The notes under the pieces are model-generated. The model did not search any database and was not told the DNA's origin. It saw only the letters and a program-made list of their open reading frames with translations. The translations under genes were made by a program, and so were the position numbers. A stretch of DNA of 64,000 nucleotides from Podarcis pityusensis (taxonomy: Eukaryota). The stretch's first letter is position 1. The number at the start of each line of letters is the position of its first letter. Shown piece by piece: positions 63,620 to 64,000 of this stretch. The stretch lies in assembly GCA_964106645.2 (NCBI GenBank), contig OZ067038.1; one strand, written 5' to 3'.

Positions 63620-63864
63620 CCGTATTTTTCGCTCTATAAGACGCACCAGACCACAAGACGCACCTAGTTTTTGGAGGAGGAAAACAAGAAAAAAAATATT
63701 CTGAATCTCAGAAGCCAGAACAGCAAGAGTGAAAGCAGCAATCCCTCTTGCTGTTCTGGCTTCTGGGATAGCTGCGCAGCCTGCATTCGCACCATAAGAC
63801 CCACACACATTCCCTCTTAGTTTTTAGGAGGGAAAAAGTGAGTCTTATAGAGCAAAAAATACGG
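63620..63864. mobile_element. Tc1/mariner-superfamily (Tc2/pogo-like) MITE
   Basis: TIRs CCGTATTTTTCGCTCTATAAGAC / GTCTTATAGAGCAAAAAATACGG; TA on the left side. Confidence 0.8.
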
Positions 63865-64000
63865 AACTTGTTTTTAGTCTAGGAATAAGATTTGTGCTGA
63901 AACAGGTACTAAGTTGGCATTCGTAAGAGAGATTGAATTCATGATGATGGCAGAGCAATAGTCAATACCTCTATGCTTATTCATGATTATCTTCAGTTTC

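Noticed and set aside
1-64000. Most ORFs in the six-frame track
   Set aside because: They are short, have alternative starts, lie antisense to exons or derive from microsatellites (poly-I, ERER, CVCV). Only the myosin exons and the LINE fragments show protein homology.
1-64000. Prokaryotic-type novel system (CRISPR array, defence island, retron)
   Set aside because: The sequence is intron-exon vertebrate DNA with no repeat-spacer array. The only reverse transcriptase is an ordinary BovB LINE.

Overview
Eukaryotic (vertebrate) genomic DNA, almost certainly from a squamate reptile and probably a lacertid lizard, judged from the Sauria SINEs, BovB LINE and lizard-type MITEs. The window is dominated by one minus-strand gene, an unconventional myosin-X (MYO10)-family gene. 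I traced 40 GT-AG-flanked coding exons by hand from 58807 down to the stop at 446-448. They join in phase into a 6141-nt ORF (about 2046 aa): motor, 3 IQ, SAH/anti-parallel coiled coil, PEST, PH domains and MyTH4-FERM. The short ATG-containing first exon is not identifiable in the window. The degree of divergence from human MYO10 (compared from memory) suggests a MYO10-like paralogue. The introns hold a 5'-truncated BovB, three Sauria SINEs, a probable solo LTR, tRNA-derived SINEs, L2-clade fragments, Tc1/mariner and hAT MITEs, and microsatellites. I see no evidence of a wholly new multi-gene system. The most interesting points are a U12-type intron before a 14-nt micro-exon, an LTR end that appears to supply an exon's branch point, loss of the 'headless' Myo10 start Met, a candidate cassette/poison exon in the SAH lever, and several hairpin or inverted-repeat structures.
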